The notes under the pieces: generated by a model
Told to the model about the DNA's origin: nothing
The model's input: the letters and a program-made list of their open reading frames with translations, nothing else
Databases searched by the model: none
Shown: positions 38,276 through 51,800 of the stretch, piece after piece
How positions within the stretch are numbered: position 1 is the stretch's first letter
Layout of the letters: each line of letters starts with the position of its first letter
Made by a program: the position numbers and the translations under genes
Assembly (NCBI GenBank): GCA_973851085.1
Contig: OZ316775.1
Location: forward strand, 1,860,001-1,924,000
Direction: 5' to 3'
DNA length: 64,000 nt
DNA from: Ptychomitrium polyphyllum
Lineage: Eukaryota

Positions 38276-38311
38276 ATTTACTCATATTTACTCATAATTT
38301 ACTCATCATTT
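38276..38311. repeat. Short tandem repeat TTTACTCAT x3
   Basis: atttactcatatttactcataatttactcatcattt. Confidence 0.7.
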
Positions 38312-39081
38312 GTTGTTGATAGTATATAGGCGTTCTTTGATAGGGAAAATATAATTTCTTGTCCATTTGTTTACTTCCTAATAGTTATGATATGATTGTA
38401 TGATAATATAAATATGAATATACAAATTGAGTAGTAAAATATATGAAACTTCATGAAAATTTGAGAGTGTGCATGAATTTTATTAGAAATTCTTTCAAGG
38501 TGGCTGAAGGAAACTATCCAATCACATGAGTTCAAAGACATTTTTTTTGATAAATTCGTAGCAAAACTCCTCTTGAAGCAAAATTATGCAAAAACTATGT
38601 TATTGCTGTAAACTGCAGAATTCACTATGCATAGTTGTTCCTCTGGCATCTTTCTAGCGCTAAGTATCGCATCTGATTGACTTGTAGCAGTGGTCGACTC
38701 AGTCCATTATAATTCAGAGAATTTTGTCTATGATGCTGCCGAACTCCAAGATTTTTGGATGCAGCCAACTCACTACGGCTTTGTTTATTTCAACAATTTT
38801 AGAAAACAAGTTATTTAGAGTAACGTGATGCACCGTTCCTAATGTAATGTAACGACAACCTGCACACATAGCCTGTAAACTCCTATGGATGCAACTCAGT
38901 CTAACACTGTGTACACGCTTATGCTTGATATCAGAAGCGGAGGGGAATGCAAGAGAAGCACCAAAACCTTGTCTTCGAGTCTGAAGTAAGACCTGTATCT
39001 GTAGTAGAAACTCCATAACTATACATTAAACCTCAACATAGCAAATCTTCGAGGAACTAATAGCAACTTGGCAGCACTGAA

Positions 39082-40653
39082 TCATTCAAGGTCGCTACTG
39101 TCGCATTCTGATCCCATTGGCACCTCTTCCAACTTGAGTTCAACAACCTGAACAAGCCACCGAGCCGGTTCAGGAAGAGAGAACAGCATCACGTCTCCCA
39201 ATTTGATGTTGTTTTGTGTGTGGAAGGCTTTCCAGCCACTTGTGAACCGCATACTATTCTTCGAGAACTTCAATTTCATTATGCGGCCATTTGGTCCTTC
39301 GAAAATGTTGGCCCCCTCGGCGAAATATTCTGCATACTTCTTATAGAATTCGCGAGGTACAGTCTGTGATGCAGCATCCACACCACACTGGTAAATAATT
39401 TCACAAACAGTCGAAGTTATGATAAAATATGCTTTGTTTCTCAAGAAGTTCATTATTACTGTACCGCAAGGAAACAAACACGTACAATGGTAATCTCATT
39501 GTAAACTAAATCAGAGTACTTTACCGTGAACTTACCAGTGAGCTTGACTTCCATTGACGTAGATGAGATTTATTTATCTTCGCCACAAAATGAGGGCACT
39601 GTAATTCACCAACAAGCATGTCTACAGTTCGCTGACATTTCCAATCAGTACCGCGACTATAGACAACGTCGTACTTCAGCTGTGATTCCGAGGGCTTGTC
39701 AGCGATGGCTTTGTTAACAAGAGATTCCAGACCAGAGGAAATGGTCTCACCCGAGTCTCTTCTGTGTTGGATTTCAACAAGTCTATCGGATGGCCGAACC
39801 TTCCTTTCTGGCAGGTTTGCTTGCCTCAAGTCCTGGCAGATCTTTGATTTTTCGAGCCTATCCACAGACTCTTCAATATTGACATCTATAGCTCCCGAAT
39901 GACGTACTATAAATGTCGATTTTGATACCAGGGAGAAAATTAGCTGATAACCCACCTTGAACCTATTTCCAAGTAGGAAATCTCTCCACTCAGTTCCACG
40001 AAAGTATACTCTGTCTTGTGTAGGAGACGTATCGATGGTAAGGTGCACAGCAATATAACGGCCACTAGGCCCTTGAAGAACTACTTTGACTTGAAAATTG
40101 TAACTATGTTGCTTGACAAACTGGGCTGGAAGCTCCTAAAAATTCCACCCAGTCCCTCCAGTTAGAGAAAAGATTTAGAATATAGTGCGGGTACTTGATG
40201 ACTCAAGACAACTAGAGTGAATATGTTCAAGGCCCTCAAATGCCAGATACAAATTATGAAACAAACTAACCCTCAGGCCGCTAGCTGTGCCAACAATATG
40301 CACACGTATAAGTTTCTTCGAAACAACAGACTTTGACAATCAGTTGACATGGAGTGAAGATGCAAGCTTATGTTTCACCTTTCCTGATAACGATGCTTAT
40401 AAATAAATGTACAATGAGGGATCCAAAAGGAAACGATAACCGATATAAAATGAAAGTAGTATCGTACCAGAGTGTGCAGATTCCGAAGTGTCTTCGTGAA
40501 CGACGGATCTGCGAAGGAACTGATGTCGCAGATTGCTTGGCCACCCTTGGCCTCGTTTACATAATCAAAAGCCATATCCTTTTCAACGGAAATAATCTCT
40601 GCCCTGGGCAGGCATATGGGCTTATCGTTGCTTTCCTCTAACCCAAAAGGCAT
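39082..40653 (-). CDS. B3-domain (REM/VRN1-like) DNA-binding protein with two B3 domains, 3 coding exons
   Basis: Exons 40653-40468, 40135-39536 and 39363-39082, phase 0. B3-1: PSFTKTL...L|ELPAQFVKQH...VVLQGPSGR...YFRGTEWRDFLLGNRFKVGYQLIFSL. B3-2: PHFVAKI...L|TVPREFYKKY...EGPNGR...RFTSGWKAFHTQNNIKLGDVMLFSL. Each domain has an intron after the same Leu. The start codon is less certain, and an upstream exon is possible. Confidence 0.88.
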
Positions 40654-40688
40654 GGAATTCAGCTACCTTTTATAACCATGCATCACAT

Positions 40689-40710
40689 GGTTTAGGGTAT
40701 AGGGTTTAGG
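40689..40710 (-). promoter_or_regulatory. Interstitial telomere-like repeat / double telo-box just upstream of the B3 gene
   Basis: GG-TTTAGGG-TATAGGG-TTTAGG, about 36 bp upstream of the ATG at 40653. Confidence 0.65.
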
Positions 40711-42523
40711 CCTCGATTTTCCTCTCGCGCCCCTCCAACTTCAATCCAGTAAGTAATGCGTGAGAACACCCTTGTCAGTAGGCAATTCGTGAGAATAGTA
40801 CTGATCGCTACAAAGGCCCTCTAAGCGGATGTCGTAGTTTCAAAATCTGCACGATTGACAATATAGGAAGTGTTTAGGAAGTTACATATACAAAGCTTCG
40901 CAGAGTTTTCTCTGAACCTTCTAGGTCGCCATATCAAAGTGAATCCTTTGAGGCATCCGTCCAGATCTTTGCTAAAGAGCGCTACATCACCTATATAGTG
41001 AAATAGGCCGAGCCAGGTAGGAAGAGCGGGCACACTACTTCCCCAAACCAACAAGGAGGCCAACGAGTTCGGAGCCTAGGAAAAGAGCTATGCCGCTTGC
41101 TTATCTTCACACATTCATCAATTACAGTAATCCATAACGAAGATGATGTGAAGGGAGGTAACACCAATAGATTGCAAAAGATTCATCGACGAAACTCTTC
41201 AGACTAGACTCTACAAACATGGCCAATAAATGAGCTCATGATTGGAACTATAGAGCTCTTCACAGCAGTATCAAATCCCATCGATATCATCATCACAAGA
41301 GATGAGAACTAAATTCATATTTTAATCACTATCGTTCTACTCGATTTGCATTAAAGAAAAAGTTCGTCTCTCTACAATCGTCTGATTCGTTTAACTTCTC
41401 TGTCTCGAAGTTCGCCTCTGACCTGGTGTGACATACATTCTGCATAACCACCATCAAGTGACAATAAAGCCAAAGTTGTAAACGTCAAGAAAACTCCAGA
41501 CCGGCTTAAACCAAAACTACGCTCACACACATGTCGCACTAACAGATACAATGATCCACAAACAGAAACGTAACCCAAGGGAGTGAATGTCAACATCCAC
41601 ACACACAATGTAGGTGCAAGATAGGGCAGACATTGAATTCCCGAAGTCATTCTGACACCATGTGCTGCTTCTTGAGCAGACTGTCGGGATGTTGAACGAA
41701 CTCTTGCACCCACAATTTGAATCGCCACTCTCATCCGCTCGGCTGGCCACTGCAGAGCTGACCAGGTGCCTGGAATTCGCACAGGCACTAATTTCCCCAC
41801 GAGAACCAGCGTTATGGAACTCAGATGACTTCATCAAATGCCAAAATTCTCGTATCCAGCTCAAAAGAAACACTAGAATTATCTCCCTTAGAGGTAACCC
41901 AAGAAGAACAGGAGGCAACAGATTGCAGCACCAAGAAACGCTCACTGGCTCAGCTAGTGACGACAAGGCAACAGTACGCATGGGCGCAAGTCCAGTGCGA
42001 CTCTCCAAATTTCAGGCTGGCGTGGGATCAGCTGAACAAAGACATACAACTTTCACCCAACTTACAAGGCCTGCATCGTCATAGCCACTGTGCTTAAAGC
42101 TCCGAACCACTGCTTTTTAGAAAACTGGCATCAACTCCTCTCAGAGCACCACGACAACCTGGGATGTTGCAATAAATTAAGCGAAATTTATGAATGCCAT
42201 ATGGGTTTCCACGTCGGCCCTTGACACATATAGATTCCAGAAGAAGATCCCGTATTCACATGAAAAGCCACGCAACAGCAAGCAAGGATGGTGAACTGTG
42301 GACACCTAGAAGCAAAGGAGATGCAGACGAGGGACTCGATTGAGCAGAAAACAGGGAAGGAATGCCCTGTCTGCCTAAATTAGACTCCGGGTGAAGTGAA
42401 TCATATTGTAGTGCACTCCAGATGACGGACTGGCTTTTTTGTTGTAGCACAATCTTCTCTTTTCGTTGACAAGCTCGCAGTTTGGGGCTTGGTGGGAGGG
42501 CCAACAATCACGAGGCAAGGAAG

Positions 42524-45500
42524 ATGGGTGGGCCGTGGGATGCGTGGTTAGAGAATGCGTTGCAGTCGCTGGAGGATGCCATGCTGCTGCGATCGCTGCG
42601 CCCGCTCGTGTTGCCAGAAACCGATGGTGTCATCCGCGATCACCATGCGTTGCCAACATTTGAAGGGCTGGGGCCGTGGGACCGCGCGGGGGTGGCAGTG
42701 GAAGTCTCGCAGGCCACCGTCCATGCGTGGCTTAGGGCTTCGACCAGCACTGGTGAGCAGGGAGCGATAGGCTGTGCGCAGCGTTTTTTTTGTTTTCCTT
42801 TTTTATGGAGTCTATTTCTTGGCCTTTGCGGTACGCGTTTGATTCATTTGCTAGAGTTTCCGTGTAGGGGAGGAGGTTTGTAGTTTGGGTGAAAATGCCA
42901 GAGGCGGCGACAATGCCAAAGGCGAGTTGCACAAGTTGCTGCTCTTCTCGGGGAACGATTACCTCGGGCTGTCTGTGCACCCAGCTGTGCGGCAAGCCGC
43001 TGCCCAGGTGCAGTTTTCTTACCGTTGACCAATGAGCTCTCGCGCAACTTGTTTTTGCATTGTCTAACCCCACTCTGCTCCTCTGCATTCTCTTGTTGTA
43101 ATGGAGTAATGAAAAATTCTTTTTGCGGCTCGGGTTAGGTTTTAGAGGAGCGTATACCTACCTTTATTCGGGGGCGGACGAATGTTGTGAAATTGTCTGA
43201 GATTCTCTGTTTCGTTAGGCTGCAGTGGAGTTTGGGATGGGGCCGAGGGCGTCGGCATTAGTGTGTGGGTACACTTCCCACCATCGCATGCTTGAATCCA
43301 CGCTGGCTGAGTTGAAGGAAACCGAGGTACACTCTAAAATTACGCTTGTAGAGTTTATGAAGTATCGAAGACCATCATGACCTATTTTTGTTTGAACTCA
43401 TTACAGAATCTTGAATCAGGCAAACTATACAGACAGTTCAATTTGATACCGTTATTTGAGAAATTGTTTAGGAGCTGCACTGTCGCTTGTATTGCGTCAT
43501 TGGTTAGATTATCCAACAGATTTCTGTGCTGATTTGTAATCTCTATGTCAGGAATGTCTATTATGTCCTACTGGATTTGCTGCGAATATGGCAGTTCTTA
43601 CAGCAATCACAAGTGAAGTTCCTGGTAAGAAGGGAAGCAATGAAAGTCCAGTGGCCATTTTCTCTGATGCCTTGAATCATGCGTCCATTGTGGATGGGGT
43701 GCGTGTAGCTCAGCGTCAAAGCAATGCAGAAGTTCATGTGTACAGGCATAATGATATGATGCATCTGCACCAGTTGCTGTAAGTATCCCGTCTCACAGGC
43801 TAACGCTTGCTTCTGTGTCCTTAGATCAGTGCACGGAGATGCTTGATTGCTGGTTGTTTGTCGAACTCTACAATAACGGTAGTGGTATCTCCTGTTTGAT
43901 AAAATCAGGACCAACTGCAAACGAGAGCGGAAGGTAGTGGTCACAGACAGGTAAGTAGATATTTTCAGCCACTTCTTCTACTCGTTTTGCTTTTCCTAGC
44001 TGAATACTGAAATGAACGATGGCCGCTTAGTGTCAGGATTGTGGTTGTCCATCCTTCGCTAACTGCTTTTATAATAGGCTTCATAAACATCTATTGGAAC
44101 ATCTAAGTGTATATATTGTATTTTAAAGGTTCTGATATGATAATCTGGTGCAGTCTTTTCAGCATGGATGGAGATTTTGCACCCTTAAAAGAATTAGCTG
44201 CTTTACGAAAACGCCACGGTTTTTTATTGATCATTGACGAGGTACATTAGGTTCCACGATCAGTTTTATCTGGTCGACAGCACTGCGCAAGCATTGGAGT
44301 TCAATATAGATAAAGTTCATGGTTGCCAGATCCCAAAAGTGATTCTGGAACGTTTTCCATCAAACTTTTTGAGACCCACTTAATTCATTGTCTTGCAGGC
44401 CCATGGGACGTTAGTGTGTGGAGAGAACGGCGGAGGAGTAGCAGAGGCATTTGGAGTCCAAGAACATGTTGACATTCATGTCGGAACTTTAAGCAAGGCA
44501 ATAGGTTGTCATGGTGGTTTTATCGCTTCCAGGTATTTCTATCAGATCCTTTATGACATTTCAATGCGTAATATTCTGGTACATGATTTGATTTCAAAAT
44601 GCATTGGTGTCATGTAGTTGTTTTCCTTGTGGAGATTCTTAAAAGTTTTGATGAAATATAGAAGCTCAATATCTTCACGCCTTCCTTCTAGAGAACTCTG
44701 CATTACCTGTGATTTTTCTTTGTTTTTATGTGTATTCTGATAGTTCAGTGACGATGTAGCCGTAAGTGGAAGCAATGGATCCAATCAAGAGGTCGCTCTT
44801 TCATCTTCTCGACCGCCCTTCCAATCCCTGTTGTTGCTGCAGCGTACGGTAACTTGGCGCAGTTACTCCATTAACCATTACCGCTCTAGAAACCATATAT
44901 TTGAATTGGTAGTGCGCATATGCATTGGGTTTTTTTTAAAGCAGTTATTACAACTTGTTAGCCTCCTGTATAATTGTTGCTGAAGGTGTGTTGCTGCAAT
45001 TGGATATTAGGTTTTATTGCAAATTGAAGCAAGGGAAGGAGGATAGGATCTTGAGCTTGTTGGTAGCTGTAACTTGCAGATTCTGATCGCTTGTAGTAAC
45101 TTCGTATGGTGTGCAGCTGCAATAATGGTGGCCAAAAAGGAGAAGTGGCGGCAGCTTAACGTTTGGGCACTTGTTCGACAGTTCTCGGAGGCTACGGGCT
45201 TGATTTTTACGAGTCCTATTGTTCCTATATTATTTGGAGATGCTGAGGCTGCTTTGGAAGCTAGCAGGTATATGGCAGGCATGTTGCATCGATTTTACGA
45301 AGCATGCTTGGTTTGTCTTGCTATCTAGAGGTTCTTCAAATTTTATTAAGGGTTTTGACCAACACTTGTAGTGACACAGCTAGAGGTTTACGTGATCTTA
45401 CTGAGAATTTTAGCTGGCTACAGTGCTATCTGTTCTTGAAAATTTCGGCAGTTAACATTGAATCTTAATTTCACGAATTACGGATTACAGCAAGCTGATA

Positions 45501-46038
45501 CCATGTTTTGCAGGACGTTACTTAAATTGGGATTTCATGCGCCTGCAATTAGGCCTCCTACTGTTCCTGTTGGTTCTTCTCGGTGAGTGGGGTTCCCTTT
45601 CCTTTGAAGCTTTGCGTTTATGAACATGCGTAATATTTCCTGCTAGTAAACAACCAATCAATACCTGTTTTTTTGTTGCCCATGTGATGTCTGTCAAGTA
45701 ATTGGCATTGTTTTGGTCTTGACCTGTTTTACTTAGGATATTTCTCCAGCATGAATTCTGATGCTATGGAATGGTTTGAAAGAATAGCACTAAGTATCCT
45801 GATGTGGGACAGGCTTCGAATAACATTCTCAGCGGGACATACGGCTGCTGATGTGGAGGCTCTTGTCAAAGTACTACCCGCTTGGGCCAAGACTAAAGGA
45901 CCTTCACCCAATTTTCTGCCTACCCCTGTTTCCTGGTTTCCTCTATCACTGACAAATGTTGGAACACAGAAATCGCTGGACGAAAAGCACGAAAAGAAAG
46001 TGCAAGAGAAGCAAGTCCGTCTGAGACCAAAGCTCTAG
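42524..46038 (+). CDS. BIO4: 8-amino-7-oxononanoate (KAPA) synthase, biotin biosynthesis, peroxisomal (PTS1 -PKL), 11 exons
   Basis: Exons 42524-42752, 42868-43007, 43219-43326, 43552-43778, 43909-43950, 44154-44241, 44399-44532, 44760-44848, 45117-45267, 45514-45582 and 45813-46038. Motifs include FSGNDYLGLS, CPTGFAANMA, SDALNHASIVDG, DSLFSMDGD, DEAHG, the PLP lysine in GTLSKA, AIRPPTVP and RLRITFSAGH. The C-terminus is RLRPKL*. Confidence 0.97.
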
Positions 46039-48899
46039 CAGAAGGCTGTTGAACCAGGAGTATTCTCCACACGAGTTAAGTTGGACGTGTAGCAGTAACA
46101 ACCAAGTGGAAGAGGTGGTTGAAAGGAAAATGCTGTCAAGATGAGGCATGGTCTTTCAGAGTTCAGAATCTTGAATTGCGATACTCGCGAGACTTGAATA
46201 GACGAGGGCTTGAATTTAGCTTGAATATTCTGCTCTTAGAAAATTTTGTAGATGTTATTAACTGAAGAGTCTCTTGAGGTTCAATGAAAATTTGAGCAGA
46301 TTATGAAAACAGATTCTGTATAATGGTCTTGCATCTTCCAGTCTTAGTGACTAGTGGTCTTAGAACAAAGTAGGTTATACAAAGTATGGTAGCGAATTGA
46401 ATTATCTAGCAACTTCTAACTTCTGAGGCTAATATGTGATCCAATTCCAATACCTGTAGTGATGACCATTTATGATTTTATTGAAATTGAGTTCCATCTC
46501 ATAGTAACCTCGATTCAGTGAACAGTTTCACATGATTCAGCTTCTTTTGAATATTTGGAATGAGGCATGATTTGTTCACAGATTTAGAAAAGCTAGTGGG
46601 ACCTGTTATGTAGGGTCTGTAATTAAAGCTGCAAGTCATGAATACCATATCCAAGCTAGAGGAATTGGGCACAAGTGTAACATTAAGATAGTGATAACAT
46701 CGAAACTTTGACATTTTCCATAGGATAAATGGGCTATGGTTTATGAGCACAAAACCTAAAACCTACAATCTTTTATCTGTTGTTTATTTGCAAATTGTTT
46801 TGAAGCTTTCTACCTTTGAGATTCACTTTGAACTTTAGGATGTTTAGGGTAGATGTAATCCATTTTAAATCTGCAAATGGATATTTAGAAGATGGTGATG
46901 AGTCTTTTTAAGTCAAATAATTTTTTATATAACTTCGACTGAGTGAAATGTACTTTTTAAGAATAAAATCTAAAACTAACTATTAATGATTTAAAAATTT
47001 TGAACATTTGTAACTTGATAAAATTGAAAATTTCCTACTCAAGTTTTAAAAGTATTTTTTTATTTAGGATATAAGTGTCATAAAACAGTTGTGTTTTGAT
47101 TGTAGGAAATTAAAAATTATGATGAAAGGTTTCTTAGACTCATATATTTAAAATTGATTTAAATTTCTATTGTATTACATTATATTCTGTTTATAACAAT
47201 TTCTATTCAAAATATAGGGAAACTTACAACGTATTCCATATACATTGTATTCATTTTTGATATTAATAAAGGGATGACACAAATCATAATTGTAATACTA
47301 CATGTACCATTTGCGTGTAATTTGATATGTATTGATATTATTGTTAAATGTGGAATAATATCCTTTTGAATATTTTCTTGAAAACCAATGATTGCATCAC
47401 TCAATAACTTGACTAACTAGCACTTAATAATACAAAGCAGAGGTTTTACCACTGTACACTTAATAATCCTCAAAACTCACTTTTAAATCCAAATCAAACT
47501 TCAAATCACATTGAAAATTAGTTCAAAAGATGAAAAGGCTTGAAGATGATGTAAGAAAACCTATTAAAAAGAGAATATACAAGAGAATTGAAATACTTAT
47601 ACAAAGATCCAACAAATGACAATATATGTTATTCCTAAGTGGTACCTACTTATACACGTTGAATTAAATCTAATAATAAATTGTATAGTTAATCTAATTC
47701 TAATTGCCACCATTTACCAACCTACCTTAGTTCAAAGGAAAAATTTAGTAATTTATTCCAGAACAATAACCATTACATGACAAATAGTTGATAAATTTTA
47801 AAATAAAAAGATTCATATATGGAATCCAGGTGGACTTTGAGAAAATCAACAACCAATAGCAGTAGGTTTAAACATAACAATTTTTAAAAGTAGATTCTTG
47901 TACTTGTCAATACTATCTGCAGCCACTCTATAATTTATATAATATATATTAATTTTCTTTTTTCAATTCACTTAATTGATGACTTGCATGACCAAATCAT
48001 TCTACAATGATTTTCTATTCCACCCTTTTCGATTCCATTCTCCTGCACAAGTAACTAAACATCTAAAAGATGATATATTATAATGAATCGTTCTTACAGG
48101 AAACATTAATTCTTAATCGCCCAAGAGGTCCAAAAACAGTCAATGGATGATCTTCACTATAATTTGCATTATGATCTTTTGTTAAAGTTATGTGACTACA
48201 TTACAGCATGCACGACTGTAAATTGTTTATTCAATTGCAAAGACAAGAACATCTGAGTGAGGAGCCATATTTGGAGTGGAAGGCAAGGAATTTCCTAGTT
48301 CAACTGTTCAGGTCTGTAGTCTTTTCTGTTTATCTCCGGAAGACATGAAGTACAGCAGTAATATGATATTAACTTAGGCTGAAACGGCACTGTTCCAAAT
48401 GATGATCATTGTGTGCACAGTGACTTCTGCAGAGTAGGTCCAGTAGATCTCTGGTCCGAAATGGGTCTGACATCTTTACAAGAGTAAGCAGCAATTCAAT
48501 GCCGGAACAAGAGGAGAATGTGCTTTCTCAGAATGAGCAATAATTTTCTAGCCCTCAACTCTTCTCTCAGTCTAGCTAGTCTCTTGTCCAGATCAAGATC
48601 TTTGCATCTATGGCATGGAAGCTACTTGCAAATCTCCGTCCTTTACAACTGGGAGGCTGGGCCCTGCATGACCATCTGCGGTCTATGTAAGTCAAGGTGA
48701 TCTAGCAGTTTCTGGAGCACGGAGCTTGGTCGGTCACTAAATGCGAACTTTTTCTGTATGAAAATATGAATTATAAATTTGCCAGTCGTATATGGACAGC
48801 AAGAGTCAGATGGGATTGGCAATGAAAAGTTTGAGAATAGTCTGTCTTGCAGCACAAAATTCTACGGCATCCAACAACCATCGTCTAGATTCATCACAT

Positions 48900-51800
48900 G
48901 TACATAGCAGCCAACAGTAGGACGAAGGGATAAATTAATTTCAAAGTTGCAGTAGTAGTACAGTCGTGAGCCTACCTCAGCGGATTTGAGACTGCAAATG
49001 ATAGATAGATTGTTCAATATGACGTCAGTCAGAGTAACAATTTGTTGATCATTGTTACTGTGATTATAGTGTAAAGAGTTTCAGACGATTCCTGTGTGAC
49101 CAGTGGTGCCGCTCCAGTGTGGCTATTTTAACGTATCTGTGGCATTTGCACAAATCTTAAGCCGCGTCACAAGGGACTGGACGAGGAAGAATATAACTTT
49201 GAGCATGTTTGCAAGTACCGCATTGAAATATTGCTGGGTTTCTGACAATCCGAGGCACTCATCGCTCGAGTTACTCCCGCGGCACCTTATACAGTTGGCA
49301 GTTGAGAACAATAGTGTACTTTCCATCCCAGATTCAAATGACCTTGGACTATTGTGTTTTATTGCAAAAAGTTAAAAGAATTTAAGATATTACAGAACAG
49401 TAATAACGACTCGGAATCAGAGGTGACTTGAAATATGAAGTAAGGTAGTCGCCATAGTCTAGCAGTTACGACAACGTCGCCTTAATTGTGAGCCACTTTA
49501 GTAACGTGTTTTCAAACGTCCAGTTGGTCTGAGAACAGAGTGCAATGAATAAATTGAAGGAGTAACAGACAGCAAATTGCCCTGAAGAAGCATGATGTTT
49601 AATGTGCTAAAATTGAACTATTGAAAAACTTGTAACATGCAAAGGATTACGCCAATACTGGGTCTGAAGCTAGCTCGAAAATGATCATCGAAGGAATTGG
49701 AATGTACTCGGTGGATCTAATTCGGTGTGCAACGTTAGTACCCATAATAATGTTAATTAACCAGGAAGGAACATGGTGAGCTGAATTCGCGTTTGGTTTT
49801 CTGAAGAGTATCATTGGATATTATAAATTAATTCTGCAGTCTACATCACTTTCTGTAGTTTACATATTTATTTACTTCTGAAAGAAGAATTTCACTTGAG
49901 AACCACTCTGAAGGATCAGAGTTAGGTCCAAAGTCAAATTTACTTATCTTTAATATTTGAAGGAAGGTGAGAAGAAAACCAATATGTTTCTATATTTATC
50001 AACTAAGTCAGGTGAGACAAGTACAATAATGATGCAAACAGACAAGAATGGTATTTACATGAATTGATCCGATTCACCATGACTAAGACTCTCTGAACTT
50101 ATACCGATGTGAAAGTAACACAGAAAGAAACCACACTTCAACCAAGTTAATACTGGTCATGATCGAGCTGGGCTTTCAAGCTCCTTTGTGTGACAGCCTC
50201 CTTGCAATTCAAAGATCTATTATTTGTATTTCAAAAACCAAGAGTCCAAAAAATGATAACAAACAGAGCCAGTGATGTCGACATGTCCAAATTCACAAAA
50301 TGAAAACATTGCACCATCACATTAGGCTACGTCGTCATCATAAGATGCCCTTGTCTAATATCACGTTGAATTTTTGAATTTATTGAACATTAAGCGGTTA
50401 CAGCTACCTCACTGTGTAGAATGATTCGTAGAAAATTTACAGTAGACTTGAAAGCTATGGAGTCCAGCATCTGACGAGCAAGACTCCGGTGCATAATCGG
50501 CGCCCCGGGAGAAAGGCATTAACTCCTCCTGCAGGGGCTCCTTTCCCTGGCAAGCATCCTCCATGAGCATTGATATCGGAGCTTGGGGCAGTCTGGACTA
50601 AGTTATCTGCAGTCGTGGACATAGGAAACTTATAATGGTTTCCTGTGTTCCCACTGCGTCTCACTTTTCCTACCGAGCCTCAATTTTGGCAACTGAAACT
50701 TTCCTTCTTCAAGCACGTGAGTGAGCTTAAGCAGGTGATTTTGTACAGGTGTCAAAACTGTAGATCACAGGGAAAACTGAGACTTACAGGGAATTCACTC
50801 AGATAAATGCATATGAGACCCTGGTGGAAATTTCGTTGCAGGAAAGTCATTCCTTCCAAACAGAACAAAACAAGAAAAGGCAGAAATTGAATATCAGAAA
50901 GAGCCTTGGAAAGCAACGCAGTCACATGCTAGCTTCAGATTCAGATCTTGCAGGCATATATCGCTGTACTGCATGAGCAGTATATGATAGTATATCTTGA
51001 TTCTTGACCGTGTCCAGCCCTGGAGAACCATTCTTCGGGACCTGCCTTTAGTTGAGAAAGTATCCTGTATTCTTAGCAAGTCTATTTTGAGTATAGTACG
51101 TTCTTGTTTTCTTTCCTATTTTGTATGTTCTCTTCTGATCCGTATCAATTTGTTACATCAAAATTCATGTACATGGCCATAGTAAGCATAAAACTTTCAA
51201 AGCAATTAGTTCTGATGAAAATATCCAAGAGCATTCTTAAAAATGGTCAATAGGGGAAGATTTTTCCATGTTGGCAGCTAACTCATTTTCCATCCATCTT
51301 CAACTTACTTCTCCTATGGCTACGAGACAAAGTGTAAAGCCTTAAAGGAGTACTAAATTTTTTTCACAAATCATATTGCTAAATTCTCTAAATATGACCA
51401 GAACCTCTTTCCCTGTAGCCAACAAAACAAACAAGATGTGAAGGGGCCCACAGGTTCATATAGTCAAGTACATAGTTTCTTGTTCTAACACCCACTAATT
51501 ACAATAAAAGAGCTTGAATTTCAACCAGGTATCAGAGGCTTTGGCATGATGGCCAGGCAACAATTTTCTGACATTGGAATTTCATTTGACTAGAGTATAC
51601 GACTGTTCACACCAGTTGTCATGATCGATCCAAGTTGGAACTAATATACAGTAATTACTAGGTGCTTGTTTACTGTAACGTTGTATGTCCAGTAATTAGT
51701 ACTGTACTACTCTGTATTTTTAAGCTCCCTTTACTAATTATGTCTGAATCTGTACTAAATTTTATCTTGTGTGGCATGTCAATGGCAATGATAGATCATG

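Noticed and set aside
27752..46038. SDR + purF + B3 + BIO4 as a cofactor or specialised-metabolite gene cluster
   Set aside because: The enzymes belong to unrelated pathways and different predicted compartments (mitochondrion, plastid, peroxisome). No terpene synthase, P450 or other signature enzyme is present, so adjacency alone is not evidence.
48399..48470. Possible box C/D snoRNA (ATGATGA...CTGA, ~72 nt)
   Set aside because: There is no terminal stem and no rRNA-complementary guide that I can recognise. Snoscan/Rfam would be needed.
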